Notes: generated by a model from the sequence alone, not told the origin. 30,437 bases of DNA from Candidatus Binataceae bacterium (GCA_035624865.1 DASPQS010000173.1:1-30437); one strand, 5' to 3'; shown: positions 9,172-17,827, counted from the stretch's first letter. Program-made: numbers and translations.

Positions 9172-10179
9172 ATGACGATGAGGAACGCTTCCGTTCAGAT
9201 TCACGCTAATTTGCCGTCCTCGCCAGGACTGCATCGGTTCGCGATCGTGTGCGTGACTGCGACCTTTGTCCTGATTTTCGTCGGCGGTCTTGTTACCTCG
9301 ACCGGTTCGGCGCTCGCGGTGCCGGATTGGCCGCTTGCCTTCGGTCACTTGGTACCGAAATTAGTCGGTGGCGTGCGCTTTGAGTACGGTCATCGCGTGG
9401 TGGCGGGCGTGGTCGTCATATTGACCGCAGTTCTGGCGGCGTGGACGTGGCATGCGGAACCGCGCCGATGGGTTCGCAAAACGGCTCTTGCGGCCCTGGG
9501 CCTGATTGTCGCGCAGGCGATTCTGGGGGGCATCACGGTTTTGTTGCTTTTGCCGCTTGCGGTGGCGGTGGCGCACGCGGCCACCGCGCAGGCGTTCTTT
9601 TGCCTGATCGTTGCGATCGCGGTGTTCACGAATCCGCGTTTCGGCGAAGTTTCAGGAGAGCAGCCTGAGGCCCAAAAGTTACCCGTGGCGAGGCTGGCCG
9701 TGGTAACCACCGCCGTGATCTATGCCCAAATCCTGATCGGCGCTCTAATGCGCCACTTGGGGGCCGGCCTCGCGATTCCCGACTTCCCGCTGTCCTTCGG
9801 CGGCGTGTTGCCGCCTTTCGACTCCGTTTATGTCGATGTGAACTTTGCTCATCGATGCGGCGCGCTGGTGGTTACCGCACTCGTAATATCCCTGGTTGCG
9901 CGCATCATTTTTCACCGGGAAGAAGCAGGTCTTCGCCGCCCCGCGATAGGGCTGATTATCTTGCTGATGCTCCAGATTACTTTGGGGGCACTCACTATCT
10001 GGAGCGGGCGCGCGGTAATCCCGACTACTGCGCACGTTGCGATCGGGGCGGCGCTGCTCGCCACTTGCGTGACGCTGGCGCTGCGTGCGTTCGCCCTTGA
10101 GCATTTGGCAGCGGCACCCCAAGCGGATAAAGTGCCCGGGAACCTCGAGGCAGTGATGGAACGTGGGGTGACCATTTGA
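9172..10179 (+). CDS. ctaA: Heme A synthase (COX15/CtaA family)
   Basis: Multiple transmembrane segments with EYGHR, AHA, NFAHR and TAHV histidine motifs; adjacent to ctaB. Start uncertain (9139, 9172 or 9178). Confidence 0.88.
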   Translation: MTMRNASVQIHANLPSSPGLHRFAIVCVTATFVLIFVGGLVTSTGSALAVPDWPLAFGHLVPKLVGGVRFEYGHRVVAGVVVILTAVLAAWTWHAEPRRWVRKTALAALGLIVAQAILGGITVLLLLPLAVAVAHAATAQAFFCLIVAIAVFTNPRFGEVSGEQPEAQKLPVARLAVVTTAVIYAQILIGALMRHLGAGLAIPDFPLSFGGVLPPFDSVYVDVNFAHRCGALVVTALVISLVARIIFHREEAGLRRPAIGLIILLMLQITLGALTIWSGRAVIPTTAHVAIGAALLATCVTLALRAFALEHLAAAPQADKVPGNLEAVMERGVTI

Positions 10180-11078
10180 ATTCCGGAGTTGCGGCTATAA
10201 CGAGTCCGCTGGCTCTCGCGCGCGATCGCGTGATGGCCTATTACGAGTTGAACAAGCCCCGGGTGCTTACGATGGTCCTGATCACCACGCTTGCCGGCTT
10301 TTACATGGGCAGCGGCGGGCCATTCGACTTTGCCGATGCGCTCAAAGTTCTCGCCGGAACGGCGCTCGCCGCCGGAGGTACGCTCGCCCTCAATCAGTAC
10401 TTCGAGCGAGACACCGACGCGATGATGGTGCGCACCCGGGACCGTCCGCTGCCTTCCGGCCGGTTAGCTCCGATTGAGGCCCTGCTTTTCGGACTGCTCA
10501 CCAGTGTCGCCGGCCTCGTCTTCCTATGGCGCGCGGTGAATCCGCTATCCGCGACCGTGACCGGCGCGATCACTTTTCTCTATCTCGCGGCCTATACGCC
10601 GATGAAGCGATACTCCTGGATGTGTCATGTGGTGGGCGCAGTCCCGGGTGCGCTGCCGCCCCTCATCGGATGGGCCGCGGCGCGCGACAGCCTCTCCGCG
10701 CAACCGTGGGTTCTTTTCGGGATCATGTTCCTCTGGCAGTTGCCCCATTCGCTCTCGATCGCGCGGATTTACCAGGAGGATTACGCGCGCGCCGGGATGT
10801 CTCTCCTGCCCAGGGAACGTCCCTACGGCAATCCCGCTAACCTCCTGATGCTGACTGCGACCATTGTGCTGGTAGCCTTCGGCACCTTGCCCACCTGGAT
10901 GGGCTTTGCCGGCTGGATCTATCTGGGTGCGGCGGTAATCCTCGGCGCCATGATGCTCTACCACAGCGTCAGGCTGGTCCGCAGCATGGCGACCGAAGCC
11001 GGAGCTCGGCGAGTGATGATGCTATCGCTGATCTACCTGCCCGCGGTGCTGCTCGTCATGGTTCTGGACAAGGTTTGA
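10176..11078 (+). CDS. ctaB: Protoheme IX farnesyltransferase (heme O synthase)
   Basis: NQYFERDTDAMMVRTRDRPLPSGR, YTPMKR, GAVPGALPPLIGW, LWQLPH, DYARAG. TTGA overlap with the ctaA stop. Confidence 0.95.
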   Translation: MNSGVAAITSPLALARDRVMAYYELNKPRVLTMVLITTLAGFYMGSGGPFDFADALKVLAGTALAAGGTLALNQYFERDTDAMMVRTRDRPLPSGRLAPIEALLFGLLTSVAGLVFLWRAVNPLSATVTGAITFLYLAAYTPMKRYSWMCHVVGAVPGALPPLIGWAAARDSLSAQPWVLFGIMFLWQLPHSLSIARIYQEDYARAGMSLLPRERPYGNPANLLMLTATIVLVAFGTLPTWMGFAGWIYLGAAVILGAMMLYHSVRLVRSMATEAGARRVMMLSLIYLPAVLLVMVLDKV

Positions 11079-11104
11079 TTCTTCTCGCGCCCCTTTCGAC
11101 CCGA

Positions 11105-11132
11105 TTCACCAACTTTCTTTGGCCTGTATACT
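11105..11132 (+). promoter_or_regulatory. Possible sigma70 promoter for tyrS
   Basis: TTCACC (11105-11110), 16 bp spacer, TATACT (11127-11132), about 80 bp upstream of the tyrS start. Confidence 0.35.
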
Positions 11133-11212
11133 GATACGGCCTGCGCTGTGCAGCCCGCCACGCGTGCTGTACGCTTGCAGGATCGACTTTCATCGGAAAG
11201 GGGCTTGCGCAA

Positions 11213-12403
11213 TTGCCGTTGGATGAAAACGACGCCAGGGAACAAGCCGCCGACTTGAGCCGCAACTCCGTCGAGGTGATCTCAGGCGACGAACTCGCGG
11301 CGAAACTTCGCGAAGGGCGTCCTCTGCGCATCAAGCTCGGCATGGACCCCACCGCACCTGATCTCCATCTGGGCCATTCGATTTCGCTCAAGAAGCTGCG
11401 CGATTTCCAACGCCGCGGCCATACCGTGATCTTTCTCGTCGGCGATTTCACCGCGATGATCGGCGACCCCACCGGACGCTCCGAAGTCCGCAAGCCGCTC
11501 TCGTCCGACCAAATCAAGCTCAACGCCGAGACCTACCAAAGCCAGGTCTCCAAGGTGCTCGACCCGGCGAAAACCGAACTCCGTTTCAACAGCGAATGGA
11601 TGAACCGGGTCGATATGAGCCAGCTGATCGAGATTGCCGCCAAGCTCAGCGTGGCCCGCATCCTCGAACGCGACGACTTCGAGCAGCGCCTCGAGCGCCA
11701 GGAGCCGCTCTTCCTCCACGAGCTCCTCTACCCGCTGATCCAGGGCTACGATTCCGTCGCCCTCAAGGCCGACCTCGAACTCGGTGGAACCGATCAGAAG
11801 TTCAACATGCTGGTCGGACGCGAGCTCCAGCGCGCCTACGGACAGCCGCCCCAGGTCGTGATGACGATGCCGCTGCTCGAGGGCCTCGACGGCAAGCGCA
11901 AGATGTCAAAGTCCTACGGAAACTATGTCGGACTGAACGAAAAGCCCGAGGATATGTTCGGGAAGCTGATGTCGGTTTCCGACCATCTGATGCTGCGCTA
12001 TTTCGAGCTGCTCACCGACGTCGACGCCGCCGAACTCGCGGCCATCCGCTCCGGCGCGATTCACCCGATGGAAGCGAAGAAGCGCCTCGCCGAGCTGATC
12101 GTCACCGAATATCACGATACCGCCGCAGCCGAACTGGGCCGGCGCTACTTCGAGTCGAAATTCCAGCGGCATGAAGTGCCGGACGACATTCCCGTCTTCC
12201 GGATCGCGCAGGACCTCTGGATCTGCGAGCTGATGAAGCAGTTGCGCTTTGCCGCCTCGACCAGCGAGGCGCGCCGTCTGCTCGGCCAGGGCGCAGTCCG
12301 CGTCGACGGTCAGACCGTCACCGACGTAAATTTCCGCTTCGTCCCCGGCGATCACCGGATTCTCGAGGTCGGCAAGCGCCGCGTCGCCAGGATCGAACGC
12401 TGA
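11213..12403 (+). CDS. tyrS: Tyrosine--tRNA ligase
   Basis: GMDPTAPDLHLGH (HIGH), YPLIQGYD, GGTDQKFN, KMSKS, and a C-terminal S4 domain (SEARRLLGQGAVRVDG). TTG start. Confidence 0.97.
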   Translation: MPLDENDAREQAADLSRNSVEVISGDELAAKLREGRPLRIKLGMDPTAPDLHLGHSISLKKLRDFQRRGHTVIFLVGDFTAMIGDPTGRSEVRKPLSSDQIKLNAETYQSQVSKVLDPAKTELRFNSEWMNRVDMSQLIEIAAKLSVARILERDDFEQRLERQEPLFLHELLYPLIQGYDSVALKADLELGGTDQKFNMLVGRELQRAYGQPPQVVMTMPLLEGLDGKRKMSKSYGNYVGLNEKPEDMFGKLMSVSDHLMLRYFELLTDVDAAELAAIRSGAIHPMEAKKRLAELIVTEYHDTAAAELGRRYFESKFQRHEVPDDIPVFRIAQDLWICELMKQLRFAASTSEARRLLGQGAVRVDGQTVTDVNFRFVPGDHRILEVGKRRVARIER

Positions 12404-12409
12404 CCTGCC

Positions 12410-13597
12410 TCAGCCCTTCGGCAACCCCAGCACGCGTTCCCCGATGATATTGTGCTGGATCTGATTCGTCCCCGCCGCGATCGTTCCGGCTCGCGCCCCC
12501 AGCATCCGATACGACCAGCGCCCCTCGTCGATCGCCATCGGCGACCTCCATTCTAGCTGGCTGTATGGCCCCAGCAGTTCCATCGAGAACTGCATTATCC
12601 GCATTGCCAGTTCCGTCGCACACAGCTTCATGATCGACCCTTCCGGCCCCGGGGGCAGCCCCTTGAGCCGCCGGGTCAGATTCCGCAGGGCGGTGTATTT
12701 GAGCGCTTCGGCCTCGATCTTGAACTCCGCGATCTTCTGGCGAACGTCCGAGTCCTCCCATGCGGGCCGCCCCTCGCGCTCGACCCGGCGCGCCAGCCGC
12801 GACAGTTCCCCCACCACCGCGATTATCGGGCTGCCGCCGCCCCCCAGGCCGCGCTCGTACATCAGCGTCGTGATCGCGACCTGCCACCCCTGGTTCTTCT
12901 CGCCGACCAGATTCTTCTTGGGCACGCGCACATCGTCGAAAAAGACCTCGTTGAAGCCCCTCGCTCCCGTCATCTGCACCAGCGGACGCACAGTAATTCC
13001 GGGCGTCTTCATATCAACCAGGATATAGCTGATCCCCCGATGCTTCGGGGCTTCGGGGTCGGTGCGGCACAACACGAACGCCCAGTCCGCGTATTGCGCC
13101 TGCGAAGTCCAGATTTTCTGGCCGTTGATCCGGAAGTAGTCGCCGTCCTCGACCGCCCGCGTCTGCAGCGACGCCAGGTCGGATCCCGAGTTGGGCTCCG
13201 AATACCCCTGGCACCAGATCTCCTCGCCCGTCACGATCTTCCGGATAAAGCGCTCCTTCTGCTCGGGCGTCCCCCAATGCATCAGGGTGGGGCCGACCAG
13301 GCTCGGACCCGATCCGATAAACGGCAGCGGCACGTTAAACCGCTGCAGTTCCTCATGGTAGATAATCGATTGCAGGATCGAGAGCCCGCGCCCGCCGTAG
13401 TCCTTCGGCCAATCCACGCAGGTCCATCCGCCCGACGCCAGCCTGCGCCACCACCCGACCTTCTTGTTCCAGTCCTCGTCTGTCTCCGACGCCATTCCGT
13501 CCACTGGCTGGCTCGCATTTCGTGGCGCATTCTGCTCGAGCCAGGCCCTGAACTCCCGGCGAAAGGCTTCATCTTCGGCGCTGTAATTGAAATCCAT
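12410..13597 (-). CDS. Acyl-CoA dehydrogenase family protein (FadE26/FadE34-like subgroup)
   Basis: MDFNYSAEDEAFRREFRAWL, WCQGYSEPNSGSDLASL, NGQKIWTS, FNEVFFDDVRVP, TLMYER, TIAAGTNQIQHNII. Confidence 0.93.
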   Translation of the reverse strand: MDFNYSAEDEAFRREFRAWLEQNAPRNASQPVDGMASETDEDWNKKVGWWRRLASGGWTCVDWPKDYGGRGLSILQSIIYHEELQRFNVPLPFIGSGPSLVGPTLMHWGTPEQKERFIRKIVTGEEIWCQGYSEPNSGSDLASLQTRAVEDGDYFRINGQKIWTSQAQYADWAFVLCRTDPEAPKHRGISYILVDMKTPGITVRPLVQMTGARGFNEVFFDDVRVPKKNLVGEKNQGWQVAITTLMYERGLGGGGSPIIAVVGELSRLARRVEREGRPAWEDSDVRQKIAEFKIEAEALKYTALRNLTRRLKGLPPGPEGSIMKLCATELAMRIMQFSMELLGPYSQLEWRSPMAIDEGRWSYRMLGARAGTIAAGTNQIQHNIIGERVLGLPKG

Positions 13598-13807
13598 TCT
13601 GGTTCACCCGCGCTGCCGGTTGGCGAAATAATCCGCGCCCCACGCAGATTTTCGCATACACCGGCGCCGCGCGGCAAAGCAACGCGCTACGGCTTTACCG
13701 CCCCGTCCGGGCGATTGACAACGCCGACGTGATAGCGGGAAATAGTCCCTGATTTTCGACCAATCCAGGGCCGTCGTCCGGCCCTTTGGTACGAGGGAGA
13801 GCCTCCG

Positions 13808-14215
13808 ATGGAACTGCTGCATACCATGATCCGCGTCAACAACCTCGACGAATCGCTCAAGTTCTACTGCGACGCGCTCGGGATGAAGCTCCTGCGCAAG
13901 CACGACTTCCCCAACGGCAAATTCACCCTCGCCTTCGTCGGCTACGGCGAAGAGCGCGACCATACGGTGATCGAGCTCACCCACAACTGGGACACCTCGA
14001 GCTACGATCAGGGCACCGCCTTCGGCCATCTCGCGGTCGGCGTCGACGATATCTACAAAATGTGCAACACGCTCAAGCAAAAAGGCGTCAAGGTCGTGCG
14101 CGAGCCCGGTCCGATGAAATTCGGCGGACCCGAGATCGCCTTTATAGAAGATCCCAACGGCTACAAGATCGAGCTGATCCAGCACAAGCAGGGCGAGACC
14201 ATGAAGCTCGGCTGA
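13808..14215 (+). CDS. gloA: Lactoylglutathione lyase (glyoxalase I)
   Basis: LLHTMIRV, FTLAFVGYG, IELTHNWD, GTAFGHLAV, AFIEDPNGYKIELI. The four metal ligands (H, E, H, E) are present. Confidence 0.93.
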   Translation: MELLHTMIRVNNLDESLKFYCDALGMKLLRKHDFPNGKFTLAFVGYGEERDHTVIELTHNWDTSSYDQGTAFGHLAVGVDDIYKMCNTLKQKGVKVVREPGPMKFGGPEIAFIEDPNGYKIELIQHKQGETMKLG

Positions 14216-14238
14216 TCCGGCATGAAGCTCGGGTGATC
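14200..14238 (+). repeat. 18-bp tandem duplication of the gloA 3' end (period 21, one mismatch)
   Basis: CATGAAGCTCGGCTGATC (14200-14217) and CATGAAGCTCGGGTGATC (14221-14238). Confidence 0.8.
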
Positions 14239-14282
14239 AGATCGATCCCAGCAATCGCGCATCGGAGAGAAGGACCAACATC

Positions 14283-15299
14283 ATGAAGGCTGCCGCATTC
14301 AAGCGCCAGAACGAGATGGGCATCGTCGAAGTTGCCAAGCCCAAGGCCGCACCCGGCGAGGTCGTGCTCAAGGTCCATGACTGCGGCATCTGCGGCTCCG
14401 ATCTGCACGCATGCCAGTACGGCTTCGGGATGCCCGCCGATTCGATCATGGGGCACGAATTCTGCGGCGAAGTGCACGAGATCGGCGCCGGCGTCCGCGG
14501 CTTCGAGCCCGGCCAGCGCGTCGCCGGCCTGCCCTTCGTCTCCTGCGGCACCTGCGACCGCTGCAAGCGCGGAATGCAGATCCACTGCCACAACTTAAAG
14601 GGGCTCGGCCTCGGCCAGTTGCCCGGCGCTTACGCCGAGTTCGTATCCTGTGCTGCCACGAGCCTCTTCAAGCTGCCCGACAACGTAAGCTCGCGCGACG
14701 GCGCTCTGGTCGAACCGCTCTCGGTCGGCCTTCACGCGGTCAAGCGCTCCGGCGTCGGCCCGGGCGCAACGGCGATCATCATGGGCGCCGGACCGATCGG
14801 GCTTGCCACGCTGACCTGGGCGAAAGGGAAGGGCGCCACCGTCGTCGTGTCGGAACTCGCCGAGGGGCGCGCCGAACTCGCCCGCAAGCTCGGCGCCGAC
14901 GTCGTCGTCAATCCCAATAGCCAGAGCCCCGTCGACAAGGTGCGCGAGATGACCGAGCGCAATCCCGAGCTGGTCTTCGAATGCATCGGCGTCAAGGGCA
15001 CGCTCGAGCAGGCCATCAACATGGTCGGGCCGCGCAGCCAGGTGGTGGTCGTCGGCGTTTGCATGGAGCCCGACCAGATCCAGCCCATCCAGTGCATCAT
15101 GAAGGAAGTCAGCGTCAACTTCGTGCTCGGCTACGACCCCGTCGATTTCGACGACACCATCGACGCGCTCGCGACCGGCAAGATCAAGCCGCAGCCGATG
15201 GTGACCGATATCATTACAGTGGATCAGGTGCCCGAGATGTTCACCGCGCTGCGCCGCCCCGGCTCCCGCGCCAAGGTCCTGGTGGAGTTCCCGCACTAG
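14283..15299 (+). CDS. Zinc-dependent medium-chain dehydrogenase (sorbitol/threonine dehydrogenase-like)
   Basis: CGICGSDLH, GHEFCG, structural zinc C-x2-C-x2-C-x7-C, VEPLSV, Rossmann GAGPIG. Confidence 0.93.
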   Translation: MKAAAFKRQNEMGIVEVAKPKAAPGEVVLKVHDCGICGSDLHACQYGFGMPADSIMGHEFCGEVHEIGAGVRGFEPGQRVAGLPFVSCGTCDRCKRGMQIHCHNLKGLGLGQLPGAYAEFVSCAATSLFKLPDNVSSRDGALVEPLSVGLHAVKRSGVGPGATAIIMGAGPIGLATLTWAKGKGATVVVSELAEGRAELARKLGADVVVNPNSQSPVDKVREMTERNPELVFECIGVKGTLEQAINMVGPRSQVVVVGVCMEPDQIQPIQCIMKEVSVNFVLGYDPVDFDDTIDALATGKIKPQPMVTDIITVDQVPEMFTALRRPGSRAKVLVEFPH

Positions 15300-15372
15300 G
15301 TCCCGGTACGCATTTTTTCATCATTGCGGGCTGCGTCTGGCCGACTCCTTCGGCCGATGGGTGTTGAGACGG

Positions 15373-15708
15373 CTACGCGACCTTGCTCCTTCCGCCTGTG
15401 CTGACGAACCGGAGCTCGACGCGCTTGTTCAGCGCTTTGGCGATGCGCCTGAGCATCGCAAGCGAATGCCCTTCGTAGTCCGCGTCCTCCAGCCTGCTGA
15501 TCACCGAGGCGGTCGTGCCGACACGTTTTGCGAGTTGCTCTTGGGTCAGGCCTGCGCGCTTTCGAAGTTCGTAGATCTTGCGCGCTACGGTATCGTTCGC
15601 CTCGGCCTCGGCGAGACCAGTCATTCTTTCTGGGCGGCCTTCATAATAGCGCCGATGAATGATTTCGATCGCGTCCGTCGTGGCCTTTTGCCTGGTCGTC
15701 TTTCTCAT
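15373..15708 (-). CDS. XRE-family HTH antitoxin (HigA-like)
   Basis: LRKRAGLTQEQLAKRVGTTASVISRLE HTH, directly downstream of a RelE-like toxin gene. Confidence 0.85.
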   Translation of the reverse strand: MRKTTRQKATTDAIEIIHRRYYEGRPERMTGLAEAEANDTVARKIYELRKRAGLTQEQLAKRVGTTASVISRLEDADYEGHSLAMLRRIAKALNKRVELRFVSTGGRSKVA

Positions 15709-15733
15709 GTCCTTGCTTCCCTTCGGGGTGGGG

Positions 15734-16105
15734 CTATGACTCCTCGAAGGTATGGAGCTTGGGATCTTTTTCGTATCTTTGCTTTCGCGTGAGCGCCGTT
15801 TCGATGGCAGCCTCGGGGACTCTGTCCTCCTTCGTCAGTCCGTGTGCCAGCACAGCTGCTACACGCCCGCGGAAGAAGTACAGGATCCGGTAGTTCATGT
15901 GTTGCAGGCCAACTCTCAGCTCATGAATGCCATCGCGGCAGAAGGCCCGCTTCCGGCCGGCGCAATTCGTGTCCGAGTTCGGCCAGCCTCTCTGAATTCT
16001 GACCCTGCACTTGTCCTGCGCTTTGGGCGGCAAGCTGTCGAACCATTCGAGAACCGGTACGGTTCCATCCGCTTTGCGGTAGAAGACAACTTGGGTCTTC
16101 GGCAT
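15734..16105 (-). CDS. RelE/ParE-superfamily toxin (HigB/Gp49-like) with an internal frame-scrambled segment
   Basis: VVFY...G..PVLEWFDSL at the N-terminus and RDGIHELRV...YRILYFF...AVLAHGLTKE at the C-terminus. The family-like segment RLAELGHELRRPEA lies in another frame (see findings). Confidence 0.8.
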   Translation of the reverse strand: MPKTQVVFYRKADGTVPVLEWFDSLPPKAQDKCRVRIQRGWPNSDTNCAGRKRAFCRDGIHELRVGLQHMNYRILYFFRGRVAAVLAHGLTKEDRVPEAAIETALTRKQRYEKDPKLHTFEES

Positions 16106-16120
16106 TCTTCTTCTAGCAGA

Positions 16121-16138
16121 TTTCGCAAAATTGCGAAA
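16121..16138. promoter_or_regulatory. Inverted repeat, probable toxin-antitoxin operator
   Basis: TTTCGCAA-AA-TTGCGAAA, 16 bp upstream of the toxin ATG. Confidence 0.6.
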
Positions 16139-16204
16139 GAGCCATGTCCTGGCCGATCCGTTCCAAGCCTCAGCGCAAGAGCAAACGACTGACGCGGCGC
16201 CTCC

Positions 16205-17038
16205 TCAGCACCCCAAGAACTCCTTGATCGCACCCAGCGCCTCGGGCTCCAGCAGCGACGGCGCATGGCCCACCCCCGGTACCTCCACCACCCGCGTCGC
16301 CGGCATCACCTTCACCATCCGCTCGGTCGTCGCCCGCGCGAGGATATCGCTCTCCGCGCCCCGCACCACCAGTATTGGCGCCGTGATTCGCGCGAACGGC
16401 ACCCACATGTCCATCGGGCGCGCGGCCGACCCCGTGCGCGGTATATTGCGCACCGCCGGATCCATCTTCCACACCAGCCGCCCACCGGGTCCGGGCTTTA
16501 CCGCCCATTTGACGAACTCGGTCAGCGCCGCTTCCGGCGTCTCCCGCAGCGCCGGATAATTCTCGCGGTAATATGCCGCGACTTCCCCGAGATTGGCGAA
16601 ATCCGTCGGCGATGCCGTCATGTATTCGGTGATCCGTTTCGCTCCGCTCTGATCGACCTCGGGTCCCACGTCGTTCAGCACGATCTTCGCGACCCGCTCC
16701 GGATAACCTCCCGCATAGATCATCGAAATCACGCCGCCCATCGAGGTGCCGATCAGCGTCACGCGCTCGATCCCGAGCGCCTCCAGCATCGCCGCCAGAT
16801 CGCTGCTGTACGTCGCCGGGTTGTAATCGCCCGACGGTCCCCATTCGCTGTCGCCGCGCCCGCGCACGTCGATCGCCATCACCCGGTACGCCGCGGAGAG
16901 ATGGGGCGCGAGCGCGTCGAAATTATGGGCGTTGCCGCTCAAACCGTGGAGACATACCAGCGGCGGTTTCGGCCCGCCGCCGAAATCCAGGTAATGCAGC
17001 TTGAGTCCGTTTACCGTTACGAACTGGCTCGAAGGCAC
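16205..17038 (-). CDS. Alpha/beta-fold hydrolase
   Basis: LHG oxyanion motif, DVRGRGDS, nucleophile elbow GTSMG, GAESD and GVGHAP. GTG start at 17038 after GGAGGAGG. Confidence 0.9.
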   Translation of the reverse strand: MPSSQFVTVNGLKLHYLDFGGGPKPPLVCLHGLSGNAHNFDALAPHLSAAYRVMAIDVRGRGDSEWGPSGDYNPATYSSDLAAMLEALGIERVTLIGTSMGGVISMIYAGGYPERVAKIVLNDVGPEVDQSGAKRITEYMTASPTDFANLGEVAAYYRENYPALRETPEAALTEFVKWAVKPGPGGRLVWKMDPAVRNIPRTGSAARPMDMWVPFARITAPILVVRGAESDILARATTERMVKVMPATRVVEVPGVGHAPSLLEPEALGAIKEFLGC

Positions 17039-17081
17039 TTCGCCTCCTCCTTTCTGAATGCACTGTGGTCGTAGCGCGAGA

Positions 17082-17825
17082 CTATTCGATCGGGGAGGCC
17101 TGGGCCAACGCACGCAGCCGCTCGGGCACGATAATCATCCGCCGTCCGTCGCGAATAATCATCCGCTCGTTTTCGAATTCAATCAGATGCTCGGTCGTTC
17201 GCTGGCGCGAGGCCCCGACCAGTTCGGCCAGATCGAAATGCGTCAGCTTGAGCGTCAGCAACACCCCGCGCGCCTCCTCGGCGCCGAACTTGGTCCCGAG
17301 TTCGAGCAGCGCGTCGGCCAGCCTTTCGCGCACGCTCAGCCCCTGGTAATTCGTGTACCGTTGCAGCATCGCCCACCAGCGCCCCACCGTGACTTCCAGC
17401 ATCCGGCTGAAGCGCTCCAGCGGTACTCCCAGCATTACTTCCACCAAGGTCGAAGGACTGCCCACACCCACGATGCAATCGCTGAAGGCATCGCAGCGGA
17501 AGGGGCGCGTCGCGTTTGGCAACAGCGAAGACACGCCAAAGACCTCGCCCGGTCCGACCAGGCCGACCAATACCCGCTCCTCGCGATTAAGCAGCGAAAG
17601 CTTGGCCACGCCCGAAAGCAGTATGTAGACCTGGTCCGACGCTTCGCCCTCGTAGAAGATCGTCTCGCGCTTTTTTCGTCTTATAGGAGTTAAACTCTGC
17701 GCGAGACCCTGCAACTGGTCTCTATTGAGCCACGATAGATTGCGTAGACGTCCCAAAAAATTTGCGTCTATCGCGGTCTTGGCTTGGCGCTTGTTCACTT
17801 GGTCTTTGCTATCACAGCCGGGCAC
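17082..17825 (-). CDS. CRP/FNR-family transcriptional regulator
   Basis: IFYEGE...VYILLSGVAKL...GPGEVFG beta-roll, RERLADALLEL C-helix, and HTH LTHFDLAELVGASRQRTT. Start uncertain (GTG 17825 or 17798). Confidence 0.9.
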   Translation of the reverse strand: MPGCDSKDQVNKRQAKTAIDANFLGRLRNLSWLNRDQLQGLAQSLTPIRRKKRETIFYEGEASDQVYILLSGVAKLSLLNREERVLVGLVGPGEVFGVSSLLPNATRPFRCDAFSDCIVGVGSPSTLVEVMLGVPLERFSRMLEVTVGRWWAMLQRYTNYQGLSVRERLADALLELGTKFGAEEARGVLLTLKLTHFDLAELVGASRQRTTEHLIEFENERMIIRDGRRMIIVPERLRALAQASPIE

Positions 17826-17827
17826 TG

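Noticed and set aside
11079-11212. T-box riboswitch upstream of tyrS
   Set aside because: The leader is too short and has no T-box consensus or terminator/antiterminator.
15337-16156. CTGGCCGA on both sides of the TA module as a target-site duplication
   Set aside because: An 8-bp GC-rich match is plausible by chance, and there are no terminal inverted repeats or recombinase gene.
17082-17825. Calling the regulator CooA (CO sensor)
   Set aside because: Only the recognition helix and DNA box resemble CooA. The heme-ligand C-x-H is absent and there are no coo genes in the window.
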